64,000 nt of DNA, from positions 248,239-312,238 of the IMG/VR virus record IMGVR_UViG_3300045988_155520. The stretch is one strand, 5' to 3'. Below, piece by piece: positions 8,848 through 18,908 of this stretch; positions within the stretch are counted from its first letter, which is position 1; each line of letters begins with the position of its first letter. The notes beneath the pieces were generated by a model, which was not told the DNA's origin, ran no database searches, and saw only the letters and a list, made by a program, of their open reading frames with translations. Made by a program: the position numbers and the translations under genes. This DNA comes from a virus.

Positions 8848-9417
8848 TTATTCTTTTATTTCTTCATGAAATTTTCGTAATATTGACTTCAATTCCAACT
8901 TGTATAGTTCTGCTAAATCTTTTGTTCTAAAATAATTTCCTGATTCATAAAGTTCTCTATCAGGCAAGCTACCTGTTTCAGTCATTGATACCACTTTCAT
9001 TCTTGAATTAAGATAGAAATATTTTTCATTCTGTTTAGCTCTCCATGTGATATATTCAAGTTTATAAACTTCTTTATTCCATTTCAAATTTTGACGTTTT
9101 AATTTTTCAAAGAATGTACATTGTTCTTCTATTGTAGCATGACGGAACATACTTGAGTCACAATTTAATCTTCCATTTCTTTCTATAGTTTCATCAATAT
9201 GCATCAAAATATGATAATGATAGCATCCTTCTTTATCTTTTTCACCATTATAAATAAACATAATGTTAGGTTCATTAGTATGATATCTATCAACTATTAA
9301 AACATCACCATTTTTTAAAAAAGGTTGTTTCTTAAATGTAATATAAGTATCTTTGATGATTGGCTTTAAATATGGTGGCACGTTAATTGTATCACCATCT
9401 TGTATTGTTATTTCCAT
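8848..9417 (-). CDS. hypothetical protein (family with 4123..4722)
   Basis: ORF track. See 4123..4722. Confidence 0.6.
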   Translation of the reverse strand: MEITIQDGDTINVPPYLKPIIKDTYITFKKQPFLKNGDVLIVDRYHTNEPNIMFIYNGEKDKEGCYHYHILMHIDETIERNGRLNCDSSMFRHATIEEQCTFFEKLKRQNLKWNKEVYKLEYITWRAKQNEKYFYLNSRMKVVSMTETGSLPDRELYESGNYFRTKDLAELYKLELKSILRKFHEEIKE

Positions 9418-9564
9418 AACTAAATTTAAATATATTATTTATAAATTATCTTCATACCAGTGACAACCACATCCATTAGAGTGTGTTGTAATGTGTTCGT
9501 CTGCCTTATTAAAAGTTCTCTTAAACTTGTTTACAAAGTTATAAAATATTTTCTTCATGATAAA

Positions 9565-10056
9565 CTAATCAAAAGAGTTTTTTACTAAATCTTCGATAGC
9601 ATTACTATCACAATGCCAGTTTTTTATAAAACCATTTTCGTCTACTGACATTATAATATAATCACCATAACCTTCATCTTCTGGATAAAGAACATAAGGA
9701 ACATAACTTTCTACTGAAACCATTACATTATTATCTTTATCCAGTAATGTGTACTCTCCTTCATCACACACCTTGTAATGAACAAAAGCAGATACACCTT
9801 GTTCCCAATTGATAATTTGTCCAGTATTGATATCAATAATTGGTTGCCATCTATAATGGTCAGAATAAATATTACTTGTCGGTTTATCTTTTACTTTTAC
9901 AGCACAAGGCATTTTTGGAACACCTACACCTTCAGTTTCATAAAAATCAATATCTTCTTCACCATTGACATCACTATCATTCCAATAACGTACACCAGCA
10001 TCTACTTTTAAATAATGTACATCCAATTTCTTTTTTACAGTTAATTCTACTTCCAT
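9565..10056 (-). CDS. hypothetical protein
   Basis: 163-aa ORF with no motif recognised. Confidence 0.5.
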   Translation of the reverse strand: MEVELTVKKKLDVHYLKVDAGVRYWNDSDVNGEEDIDFYETEGVGVPKMPCAVKVKDKPTSNIYSDHYRWQPIIDINTGQIINWEQGVSAFVHYKVCDEGEYTLLDKDNNVMVSVESYVPYVLYPEDEGYGDYIIMSVDENGFIKNWHCDSNAIEDLVKNSFD

Positions 10057-10067
10057 ATTATTTATTT

Positions 10068-11537
10068 TTATTTAAAAAACTTAGCGAACTCTTCTCCACC
10101 GTACTCATCAGCAGTTAATTTTATAATCTCTCTAATGGTGTACTTTTCCTTATGAGGAGTCAGCAATCTATTCTCAATAAAGTCTCTTGTACCAGTTGAA
10201 CATGCGCCAGTAATAGACCTATATGCAACGATTGCTTCCTCAAAAGACAACGTATCATCCAGTGACAAATTCTTATAATCTGATGTATCTCTATCATTTA
10301 TCTTATATATAAGGTCAGATTTAGCTTCTGCAAGAGTTGCCCCATGTGACCAATGACCTTCACCATCAGTGATAAGATAAAGTGGATTATTTTCTTGCCC
10401 AAGTTTATGTACTTTATATACATTACCATGGTGAGAATCAATTACTGAGAAAATACCGTCAGCATTAATATACCTCACGCCATCTTTCTCCCATAAAGGA
10501 ACCATATTTTTAATATCATGTATTTTCTTTTCCTGTTCTGGAGAAAGGACTCTATTAACTTGTGAAACATCTACAATTTCTGGATTATCTATTAAAACAC
10601 AATCTACAACTGTTAAGTTATCTGGTAGTTCTATTATATCTGAACGATTTAGTTCAAGATAATCACCGACAGTTAAGTTGTTAGGTAATTTTTTAATACG
10701 ACTATTAACCAAAATAAGGCTATCAGTAACAGTTAAATTATCAGGTAGATGCAAATCATTCGTATGACATAGGTCTATGTCACCATTAACTTTCAAATTA
10801 TCAGGAAGCGTTGTAATAGGAGTCTCACGAAGCGTAATAGAACCATTAACAACTAAGTTATCAGGAAGTTCTGTAATATTAGTATAACTTAGGTCCATAC
10901 CTTCTCCAACTATTATGTTATTAGGTAACTTGGCTATATTTGTGTGATATGCACTGAGATAACTACCAACTATCAAATTATCAGGAAGTTTTGTGATATC
11001 TGTATTACTTATATTAAGATATCCTCCGACTGTTAAGTTTTTTGGTAATTCTTTAATAGCACTATAACTTAAACCAAGGTCTCCAAAAACGGTCAGGTTT
11101 TCTGGTAAACTGTTAATATCCGTATATTCCAAGTGAATACTTCTACCAACTGTTAGGTTATCAGGTAGTTTTGTGATATTACTGTAATCCAAACATAGAG
11201 AACCATTAACTATTAAGTTATTAGGTAACTCTGCTATAAACGTATTAATCAAAAATAAATCTCCGCCAACTTTTAAATTTTCTGGCAATTTTGTGACACC
11301 AGTACGGCATAATGATAAAAATCCACCAACTGTTAAATTATTTGGTAATTCTATAATATATGAATCAGTTAAGTCAAGAAAACCATTAACGGTTAAATTG
11401 TCTGGTAACTGACTAATATACTTATTACCAACCAAATCAAGATTTCCGTCATAATAAAACTTTCCCTCCTTAACTGAAAGTTCACACCAAGTTTCTTTAT
11501 AGAATTTATCTATTATTTCTTTTTCTCTTTTAGTCAT
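10068..11537 (-). CDS. 20-residue (LPX-type) leucine-rich repeat protein with conserved C-terminal domain
   Basis: About 14 tandem repeats of LPxNLxVxGxLxLxxTxIxx. The C-terminal ~150 aa are nearly colinear with 22736..24205. The likely true start is MTKREKEIIDKFYKE at 11537 (track start 11594), by alignment to the paralog N-terminus. Confidence 0.75.
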   Translation of the reverse strand: MTKREKEIIDKFYKETWCELSVKEGKFYYDGNLDLVGNKYISQLPDNLTVNGFLDLTDSYIIELPNNLTVGGFLSLCRTGVTKLPENLKVGGDLFLINTFIAELPNNLIVNGSLCLDYSNITKLPDNLTVGRSIHLEYTDINSLPENLTVFGDLGLSYSAIKELPKNLTVGGYLNISNTDITKLPDNLIVGSYLSAYHTNIAKLPNNIIVGEGMDLSYTNITELPDNLVVNGSITLRETPITTLPDNLKVNGDIDLCHTNDLHLPDNLTVTDSLILVNSRIKKLPNNLTVGDYLELNRSDIIELPDNLTVVDCVLIDNPEIVDVSQVNRVLSPEQEKKIHDIKNMVPLWEKDGVRYINADGIFSVIDSHHGNVYKVHKLGQENNPLYLITDGEGHWSHGATLAEAKSDLIYKINDRDTSDYKNLSLDDTLSFEEAIVAYRSITGACSTGTRDFIENRLLTPHKEKYTIREIIKLTADEYGGEEFAKFFK

Positions 11538-11688
11538 ACGTTTTTTCTTTAAAAAATTCGCATTTGGTATAAGGGCATTCTTTGAATTGTTCATTCAAAT
11601 ATTTCCAACAATTAACGGTAACTATTCCATCACTACACTGATAGATAGGATGTGTACAATACTTAGGTATTTCACGCTCCGATTTCAT
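11530..11688 (-). CDS. small Cys-rich protein (short version of track ORF 11530..11823)
   Basis: Internal Met gives MKSEREIPKYCTHPIYQCSDGIVTVNCWKYLNEQFKECPYTKC.... The upstream part of the track ORF overlaps another gene out of frame. Confidence 0.35.
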   Translation of the reverse strand: MKSEREIPKYCTHPIYQCSDGIVTVNCWKYLNEQFKECPYTKCEFFKEKTYD

Positions 11689-12231
11689 AATGATAATTTT
11701 CAAGTGCTTCTTTAATTCTATTTCTCGCTTCTGTGGCTTGTTCATGAGTGCGAAATTGATTAAAGAAATTGTATCTTTCATTACTCGTGAACAATAAATC
11801 TTCTCTATTTTTTTCACTACCAATCATACCAGTAGCTGTAATAAAATAGTAAAATTCGTTTACCATTGGTCTCCACCTTGTTTCTTCCACTTTCTTCTCC
11901 TCTGCATTCCATTTATATCCTTGCTTTTTCATCTTGTCAAAGAGTAATTGCTTTTCTTCTTCGGTAGCGTAGGATAAACTACTACCGCTCCACCTATTGC
12001 TTGGAGAGTCGCTGACAGAAATCTGATTGTATAATAGTATGAGTGGAACCCCCCTTTATCCGTACTTTTGTAAATAAAAGCATTATACCTTTTCCCATTT
12101 CCAACAGATACGAGAATGTCCCCGTCCTTAAACTCTTGACCTTTCTCAAAAACCACACTCCCGTCCTTAACGATTGCCTTGCAACCCTCAGGAATAGTGA
12201 TAGAATCACCACATTTATATATTACTTCCAT
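11672..12231 (-). pseudogene. frameshifted member of the 4123/8848 family
   Basis: The N-terminal part (MEVIYKCGDSITIPEGCKAIVKDGSVVFEK...GGFHSYYYTI) and the C-terminal part (...YATEEEKQLLFDKMKKQGYKWN...) align to one protein in the paralogs, but here lie in different frames. The switch is near 12020-12035. Confidence 0.6.
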
Positions 12232-12243
12232 AGTTTGTCTGTT

Positions 12244-12615
12244 TTAACCAATTAATTTAATATGTTTAATCCCTTTCTCTTTCAGCTCAGCCAATATCAT
12301 CTTCACTAAGTCGTAATACTTTCGATTCTGAAAAACAATATTAAGAGCATCTTCTGCATCGTTATGATATTCTTGAACATAATTTGTGATTGCTTCCTCA
12401 AAAGCGTAGTTATCGACTCCTTCGTAGTAGTCGCTGAAATCAATAATTGATGTCAGCTCACAGCACTCTTCATGCCCTTTGAAAGACCATACTTCACCGC
12501 TATAGTCTCGGATAAACTGCTTTCGGTACTTTTGCCCTTTGCGGATTTTGCGGCCACATAAGTCGCAAACATAGTCCTTACGTGCGATAGGCTTAGATTC
12601 ATCTATTAACTCCAT
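12244..12615 (-). CDS. hypothetical Cys-cluster protein (paralog of 20542..20907)
   Basis: Shared CxLCxxKIxxGQKYxK ... HxECxEL and C-terminal Y(D/Y)xVKxxLxExKEKxI. Confidence 0.6.
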   Translation of the reverse strand: MELIDESKPIARKDYVCDLCGRKIRKGQKYRKQFIRDYSGEVWSFKGHEECCELTSIIDFSDYYEGVDNYAFEEAITNYVQEYHNDAEDALNIVFQNRKYYDLVKMILAELKEKGIKHIKLIG

Positions 12616-12618
12616 ACG

Positions 12619-13293
12619 CTAATTAATTAATTCTAACTTAACACTGCATTCACAATTTAAATCAGGTAACTTAGCCATAATGATAACACGTACATCCTTG
12701 TTTATAATAAACTCACTTGCAGCATAAGGGGCATTATGAACCATCTTAACAGTATCTACCTTAAAGTACTCCATTACAGACTTTAGAAATTTAAGACGAT
12801 TAGCAAAGATATGGGCATTTCCGACTTCTATAACACTATCTTCTTCTATAATCTTCTTGCCTGTTTTCTTTGTTTTGCAAGGTTCAATTTCTCCAGTGCC
12901 ATAGCATATAGGGCAATCCATCAAGCGTTCATGAGTCTCTCCGTGATTATCTTTGTATTCCCAATATACTTCACCTTTTCCATCACACTCTTCACATTCC
13001 ACAGCACCCTCTACTACAATTTCTTCATCAAGCATAGGGCACAATTCAAATGCTTTATTTAACGCCTCCATGGTTATTGTCTTTTCACAAGGGAACTCTA
13101 ACTCAGGAAGAAGGTAATTCTCTTTAGGATATTCTTTGGTAAGAATTTCTGGATTAATTCCAATAAATACTTTACCGTCAGTACTCCACACCTCATTGTA
13201 TTCTGTGTTAAGAAATGGGGCACGTAACAAAGAAATACTATAAAATTCATCGCAGAACAAGTTTAACAGTTCTAATTCATTCTTGATTTCCAT
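12619..13293 (-). CDS. protein with DnaJ-like CxxCxGxG zinc-finger repeats
   Basis: ECEECDGKGEV ... CPICYGTGE. Confidence 0.5.
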   Translation of the reverse strand: MEIKNELELLNLFCDEFYSISLLRAPFLNTEYNEVWSTDGKVFIGINPEILTKEYPKENYLLPELEFPCEKTITMEALNKAFELCPMLDEEIVVEGAVECEECDGKGEVYWEYKDNHGETHERLMDCPICYGTGEIEPCKTKKTGKKIIEEDSVIEVGNAHIFANRLKFLKSVMEYFKVDTVKMVHNAPYAASEFIINKDVRVIIMAKLPDLNCECSVKLELIN

Positions 13294-13306
13294 AATTCAT
13301 TTACTT

Positions 13307-13948
13307 TTAATCTACTAATTCAAAACTGTATGTTACTACCCATGGGTTACTCCCCCATGTGCCTTTGCCACTGATTTTGTCAATTAATGATATAAAGGCT
13401 TCATGTGGGGTATCAAATAGAAGTAATCCGTTTTTATGTACATAATAACCCCACAGACTATCATCAGAACATACTTCATCACGATAACGATGATATCCAA
13501 TACCTTCATGACGACACTCTCCTTCAGAAATATCCTGCAACCTTTCTATCTTCACATCAGTAATTCTGATGTGGTGGGGCATCAAGTTGGCTCTGACAAA
13601 CATTTTATTCGTCCACCCAGCCTTATATTCTCTATTTATAGAACCATCTACATTGATTATAATATCGCTGTACTCCGCCATACATTCGATAATATTCTTG
13701 TATGGCTGTGCAATCGCAACTATATCACCAACTTCATAATGAGGTTTCCAGCTGCCTAATACGCATCCATTTTCATCAACCAAATCCACGCATTGTGTAC
13801 CTGCATTATTAGTAAGCACATTGAAACTATACACTGCTTTACCATTACAAGTTTTAGGTACTTTCAACAACCGCCTTGTCATTGTCTTTGTGCCTGTAAG
13901 CACTGCCTGTGTGAGGCAGTACTTATCTGAAAACATTATCTTCATCAT
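13307..13948 (-). CDS. ASCH/PUA-like domain protein (paralog of 17745..18350)
   Basis: N-terminal FSDKYCLTQAVLTGTKTMTRR and HHIRITD(V/I)KIERLQDISE shared with the paralog. Confidence 0.5.
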   Translation of the reverse strand: MMKIMFSDKYCLTQAVLTGTKTMTRRLLKVPKTCNGKAVYSFNVLTNNAGTQCVDLVDENGCVLGSWKPHYEVGDIVAIAQPYKNIIECMAEYSDIIINVDGSINREYKAGWTNKMFVRANLMPHHIRITDVKIERLQDISEGECRHEGIGYHRYRDEVCSDDSLWGYYVHKNGLLLFDTPHEAFISLIDKISGKGTWGSNPWVVTYSFELVD

Positions 13949-13951
13949 ACG

Positions 13952-14653
13952 CTAATCAAAAAGTTCTAAACCTTCTGCAAAATCTGTTCTAAAAGTATAA
14001 CGTGAGTAATCTTCATTAATCTTTTCAACAGAATGCAGCCAACAGCCTTTGTAAGTATTTCTATATGTTTTATCGTCAGGAATCCAAATTAATGTATTGT
14101 ATTTGTTACTTATTATTGTTTCTTTTAATGATGTTAATGCTATAAAAGAAATTTCTCTTTTTCCTTCATATTCAGTATGCAATGCGTGGCTTCTTAATGA
14201 ATTTGTATGTAGTTTAACATCACATTCTTTAATTTCTATATCAAAAAATGGTAAAGATGTATATTTCTGAAAAGGTGAATCATCCTTTTTAATTAGAGAG
14301 TATCCACATATATCTTTGTCCCAATATTCTTTTTCACCAAATTCATCAACATATATAACAGAATATTCTGGATAACCATGTTCTTTGAGATAATCTTTCA
14401 AATGATTATATGCAGTTATTTTAGAATCAATCCAGCCTTTGCTATAAGTGTTAGGATAATCTTTATTAGTAAACCAATGTCCATCATCTTCATGGATATC
14501 AGTAATTACATCTTTATGAAGAACAAAAGCACCACAACCCCAGAGAGCAATGATTGTTTCCTTGTCATACACGTCAATCTCTCGGATTTCTTCTTCTCTT
14601 TGCTGATTATAATTTTCATTCAAATAATCAACTACTTTATTTAAATCAAACAT
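13952..14653 (-). CDS. hypothetical protein
   Basis: 233-aa ORF. Confidence 0.5.
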   Translation of the reverse strand: MFDLNKVVDYLNENYNQQREEEIREIDVYDKETIIALWGCGAFVLHKDVITDIHEDDGHWFTNKDYPNTYSKGWIDSKITAYNHLKDYLKEHGYPEYSVIYVDEFGEKEYWDKDICGYSLIKKDDSPFQKYTSLPFFDIEIKECDVKLHTNSLRSHALHTEYEGKREISFIALTSLKETIISNKYNTLIWIPDDKTYRNTYKGCWLHSVEKINEDYSRYTFRTDFAEGLELFD

Positions 14654-14654
14654 A

Positions 14655-15026
14655 TTATTTTGTATTAAAATTTGTTCCTAATTCAAGTGCTGCGTTTAAA
14701 CATTCATTCAACTTTTCTACGAAATATTCTTCTGTTATTTTTGTGTAAGTGGATAACAGGAAATCAATAGTAAAACTACATCCATAATCAAAAGAAACTT
14801 CTTCATGTTCAATATCAGTAAATACAGTCATATATTTAACGTATCTTCCGTCTATTTCAACTATGCGGATAAATGTAGAGTTATATTCGAAACAATCTCC
14901 GACTTTCACATTCTTTTCTAATACTGTAGTAAGTTTATCTATTTCATCTCGTAATTTATTTTCTTCTTGAATAGTTTTTTGAAGCTGGTTCTTCAAACTC
15001 TTTATTTTCTGCTCTGTATCATTCAT
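14655..15026 (-). CDS. hypothetical protein, N-terminal coiled coil
   Basis: ORF track. Confidence 0.5.
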   Translation of the reverse strand: MNDTEQKIKSLKNQLQKTIQEENKLRDEIDKLTTVLEKNVKVGDCFEYNSTFIRIVEIDGRYVKYMTVFTDIEHEEVSFDYGCSFTIDFLLSTYTKITEEYFVEKLNECLNAALELGTNFNTK

Positions 15027-15286
15027 AATTTTATCTTTTTAAATCTATAATATAAAGTTAAAGAAAATATATTATTTTGCGTTTATAAAATTATCTATCA
15101 GTACTTCTGTTTTTAATATCTTTATCATAATCCAAATAACTGGAAAACATTCCATTTTTAATAATATCGAAAAGTTGTTTCTTTATAATTTTCTCTTTTT
15201 GTTTCGTATAATTCATAATTTTCTTGTTTTAAATTATATTCTACAAAGTTATAAAAAATATATCATATAATCAAATTTTATATAAT

Positions 15287-15328
15287 AAAAAAAGTTAATT
15301 CGCAAGAATTTTCATCAAACGAATTAAC
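15287..15328 (-). terminator. hairpin + T-run terminator after 15338..15712
   Basis: gttaattcg-17 nt-cgaattaac followed on the minus strand by a T-run. Confidence 0.55.
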
Positions 15329-15337
15329 TATAGTATT

Positions 15338-15712
15338 TTAATCTACTTCTAATGATAGATTATATTTTTCAACAAATTCAGTAAGTATCTTTTTAATTTT
15401 CTCTCCAAATTCTCTCTGAAAAACCTTAGCATCCGAAAATGAACGTGGACGGTTATCGTAACATTCATATAGTAATCCACGTAGATTGTCTATTTTATTG
15501 ACATCTTGAATGAAATATTCCAAATTGAAAGTATCAAATGCTTCTTCTCTTAATTTATCTGCTAAAAAACGTGTATAACCATTAGGAATAATAGAAACAT
15601 GTATTTCAGATAGCCATTCTTTCTTTTCGGAATTAAATTCTTTAAGATAATATTCTATGTCAAACATAGTATATTTCTCTCCGTTGGTGTTATATTTTAT
15701 ATAATATATCAT
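15338..15712 (-). CDS. hypothetical protein (tandem paralog of 15720..16082)
   Basis: Shared C-terminus (F)VEKYNL(S/I)L. Confidence 0.55.
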   Translation of the reverse strand: MIYYIKYNTNGEKYTMFDIEYYLKEFNSEKKEWLSEIHVSIIPNGYTRFLADKLREEAFDTFNLEYFIQDVNKIDNLRGLLYECYDNRPRSFSDAKVFQREFGEKIKKILTEFVEKYNLSLEVD

Positions 15713-15719
15713 AATCTCC

Positions 15720-16082
15720 TTATTGTTTTAGAATCAAATTATATTTCTCAACAAATTTCTGAACAATATCATTTATCTCTTTATTTATCGCTTCATAGTG
15801 TTCTCGAGTTTCTTTAATACGAATAGAATCAACAAAATGTTCTTTACTAATATGTTCTCTAATCATTTCAATATCAAGACAATCTTTTGCAAAATCTTGA
15901 TAGACAAAATTTGCTTCATCTTTTTTCTTCTGCAAGAAATGAATAATACCTGTTGAATAAGTCGTGACATTTACCTCGTTCTGGTCATATATCTTATTTT
16001 TAAAATTTGTTACAACTTCAATACTAAACATTGGATAAAGCCAATTCTGTGATGTATCTTTTGATGAAATTTCAAATACCAT
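15720..16082 (-). CDS. hypothetical protein (tandem paralog of 15338..15712)
   Basis: See 15338..15712. Confidence 0.55.
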   Translation of the reverse strand: MVFEISSKDTSQNWLYPMFSIEVVTNFKNKIYDQNEVNVTTYSTGIIHFLQKKKDEANFVYQDFAKDCLDIEMIREHISKEHFVDSIRIKETREHYEAINKEINDIVQKFVEKYNLILKQ

Positions 16083-16350
16083 AACTTTTTATTTTATTAA
16101 TTAAACCATTAAAATCTTCACAATCACTCAAACAAGTATCACATTCAATATTATTGAAATGTGTATTCTTAAACTCTTCAAGAAGATTAATTACATATTC
16201 TTTGCTAATTGTATCTTTCAAATCTTCTTTAGTCAATATCGTCATATTAACATCCACATCACCCATTGTTTCAAGGGCAGCCTGCATTTCTTCAACACAT
16301 TTATTTAACTTCATATATGTTATATTTTTATTTATCGTGAATATTTCCAA
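16072..16350 (-). CDS. hypothetical protein
   Basis: ORF track. Confidence 0.45.
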   Translation of the reverse strand: MEIFTINKNITYMKLNKCVEEMQAALETMGDVDVNMTILTKEDLKDTISKEYVINLLEEFKNTHFNNIECDTCLSDCEDFNGLINKIKSYGI

Positions 16351-16687
16351 CGACTACCATTTTACTATTTAATAGCATTGGTGTTTTACGTGTAGAAGAA
16401 CCAGAATGATATCCAACATTGAAACATCCATCAGAGAAAACAACGGTTGATTCTTTATTACCATGATATCCTGTATGTCTAACAATGTCATTTTCAAAAA
16501 TAGGTTGTTTATTTTTATCATATACACCACTAAAGTAACAAATTGTTTTACTATCTAATCTTGTTAAATCGACTTCATAATCTGTTAAATAATAAACAAT
16601 GGAGAAATGTTTTGATAAATCTAATTCACAATTTACCCATTCTCCTGTATCTTTTGTTTTCGCTTTGAAAAGTATTGTTCTAATCAT
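16328..16687 (-). CDS. YopX-family protein
   Basis: Shares the FKAK/FRGK N-terminus, FENDIV core and GNIHDK end with the other three YopX paralogs. Confidence 0.55.
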   Translation of the reverse strand: MIRTILFKAKTKDTGEWVNCELDLSKHFSIVYYLTDYEVDLTRLDSKTICYFSGVYDKNKQPIFENDIVRHTGYHGNKESTVVFSDGCFNVGYHSGSSTRKTPMLLNSKMVVVGNIHDK

Positions 16688-16694
16688 ATATCAA

Positions 16695-17516
16695 TTATTT
16701 AGCTTCTTCCACAAATTTAACAACATCATCAACATAATTCTCTGACATCTCAATAATGTTAACATGACTACATTTTGAAAGTTTATAAATCAAAATTGGA
16801 TTATGAATGACTGCAATTATTTGCGTATTTTCTTTCTTATGCGTTAGAATGTCGTATATTTCTTTAACTCTATTTATATCAAGATTCCTATCTGGTTCAT
16901 CCATTAATACAGTAAATTCAAAATCTGCAGGATTATCATATTGAAATGAATTTTCTTTATAATATTGAAGTAACTGTTTTGCTTTATCTTGATGAGGTAA
17001 GAAATCACTATTAGCTATTTCTTTTAGTTTCTTAAATGGAAATTCCAAATTTGTTTTAGAGTCAAACATCGTTTTGAAAAGCATATCTATCCCAGAAGAA
17101 ATACCTTCTCCTGTAGAACAATGAAGATTATTAAAGTATGTCTGGAATTTAACATGGTTTTGAAGGAAATTCTCTCTTTTTTCAAGAGTTTTGTATTCCA
17201 ACATGTTAAATACAACACCTTGATAATCGCTAATGATTTTAACTCCATCGCAAATTTTATCACCACTTCCATACTTAGTCAACAAATCACTAAATTCCAA
17301 GTTTCCAGATGGACAAGTAGAAGTCATATCATTTAAACATAGAGTATATCTACGGATTAGATTTAACAGAGTTGTCTTTCCACAACCATTGAGTCCAACT
17401 ACTACATTAATACCAGATTTGAAAGAAACCGACTTGTTCTTATTGAAGAAATCAATGTCTCCTAAATAACTAATAGGTGAATTATTAATGTCGGTAAAAT
17501 CAATACGCTTAATCAT
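16695..17516 (-). CDS. stand-alone ABC-type (AAA_15/21-like) ATPase
   Basis: Walker A GLNGCGKTTL, signature-like STGEG, Walker B VLMDEPDRNLD, H-loop VIHNP. Confidence 0.65.
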   Translation of the reverse strand: MIKRIDFTDINNSPISYLGDIDFFNKNKSVSFKSGINVVVGLNGCGKTTLLNLIRRYTLCLNDMTSTCPSGNLEFSDLLTKYGSGDKICDGVKIISDYQGVVFNMLEYKTLEKRENFLQNHVKFQTYFNNLHCSTGEGISSGIDMLFKTMFDSKTNLEFPFKKLKEIANSDFLPHQDKAKQLLQYYKENSFQYDNPADFEFTVLMDEPDRNLDINRVKEIYDILTHKKENTQIIAVIHNPILIYKLSKCSHVNIIEMSENYVDDVVKFVEEAK

Positions 17517-17546
17517 ATCTTTATCTTAATTATTTAATTGATGATG

Positions 17547-17554
17547 CAAAGATA
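17547..17554 (-). promoter_or_regulatory. -7 box TATCTTTG
   Basis: 31 nt upstream of the ATG at 17516. Confidence 0.45.
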
Positions 17555-17597
17555 ATAAAAACAAATGGTATTACAAAATTATTTATGTTAATAAAAC

Positions 17598-17624
17598 AAA
17601 AAAGCAGACAAATAAATGTCTGCT
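17598..17624 (-). terminator. hairpin + T-run terminator
   Basis: agcagaca-6 nt-tgtctgct followed on the minus strand by tttttt. Confidence 0.6.
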
Positions 17625-17744
17625 TTAATATGTTAAGATTTATTATTCTTTCGCACTTCTTCTGTTCCATAGAAATATTCCATATCTTCATCGAGTCCTG
17701 CCATTAACCATTTCCTACGACGTTGTGATTTTGTTAATCCCATA

Positions 17745-18350
17745 CTAATCCACTAATTCAAATGTATATGCTGCAACTAAAGGATTCTTATCCCAATCAC
17801 CTTTCTTTCCTACCTTATCAATTAAAAAGGCAAATGCATCACGTGGCATAAGAAATGGTTTAGAATAATCATTTGGTAGAAAATAATCAAAACAAAATTC
17901 TTCAATTCCTTCTCTTAATGCATCTTCTTCAGAAATATCCTGCAAACGTTCTATCTTAATATCCGTAATTCTGATATGGTGTGGGAGCAAATCAGCTTTT
18001 ACGAACATCTTGTTATTCCATCCAGCAGTATTCTCATATTCTTTTTTGAATTGCTCTGCAGCATCTTTGTCTTCCATTTCTGCATATATGGTTTTGTAGC
18101 TTTGTGCAATAGCCACGATGTCACCTACTTTGTAGTGTGGAATTAAATCACCAATAATGTCTCCATTCTCATTGTAAAGGGTAAATATCCATCGACCTTT
18201 ATCGTCAAAGCCTCCCTCAATGTTATAGATTTCGTCAAACATACGAGCATCTGGTTCAAATCGTGCAAAACTACGTCTTGTCATTGTCTTATTTCCTGCA
18301 AGGACTTCTTGCGTAAGACTATATTTATCATTAAATAATATTTTTCTCAT
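17745..18350 (-). CDS. ASCH/PUA-like domain protein (paralog of 13307..13948)
   Basis: See 13307..13948. Confidence 0.5.
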   Translation of the reverse strand: MRKILFNDKYSLTQEVLAGNKTMTRRSFARFEPDARMFDEIYNIEGGFDDKGRWIFTLYNENGDIIGDLIPHYKVGDIVAIAQSYKTIYAEMEDKDAAEQFKKEYENTAGWNNKMFVKADLLPHHIRITDIKIERLQDISEEDALREGIEEFCFDYFLPNDYSKPFLMPRDAFAFLIDKVGKKGDWDKNPLVAAYTFELVD

Positions 18351-18360
18351 ATATCATTCA

Positions 18361-18894
18361 TTAAAAGTAATCAGGATTATCTGTAACATTTCCTATGATT
18401 TCAACGCCAAGAATTGTATCATCAAGTGTATATCCATTGGTATCGAAATAAGAATTGTTCTCTATATTTTGTTTTATTTCATTAATTTCATCTTCATATA
18501 AACCACAATCTGATATTGGTATTGGATAACAAGTTTCATTATCTAAACAAAAACCATCAAAAATATATTCTACAGGTAATTCTAACTTTACAATCTTACC
18601 AGAATAACCCTGTAAAGCAAGGTCGCAATCTGGATTAATGCAATAACTATCTATCTTATAACATCTTAAGACATCTCCTTCGAAAATTTTTTCATCATTT
18701 TTATCCATTAACCCTGTATATTGTCCTATTGATGAAATATCTGTAATTGGGTAACAATGTTTATCATTAGTTATAATGAAATCATTGTATTTGGAATTAA
18801 AGAATGGATTTGTTGGTTTTTTATCAAAATGTACATAATGACCATAACGCCAGACACCAGCACACTTTGCTCTAAATATAACTTCTCGTTTCAT
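18361..18894 (-). CDS. YopX-family protein
   Basis: MKREVIFRAK..., GQYTGLMDKNDEKIFEGDV, GNVTDNP. Confidence 0.65.
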   Translation of the reverse strand: MKREVIFRAKCAGVWRYGHYVHFDKKPTNPFFNSKYNDFIITNDKHCYPITDISSIGQYTGLMDKNDEKIFEGDVLRCYKIDSYCINPDCDLALQGYSGKIVKLELPVEYIFDGFCLDNETCYPIPISDCGLYEDEINEIKQNIENNSYFDTNGYTLDDTILGVEIIGNVTDNPDYF

Positions 18895-18908
18895 AAGTTC
18901 TACATTTA

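Noticed and set aside
11994-12212. 72-aa alternative-frame ORF inside the frameshifted gene.
   Set aside because: It is the third frame of the same region and has no similarity to the paralogs. The other two frames account for the family alignment.
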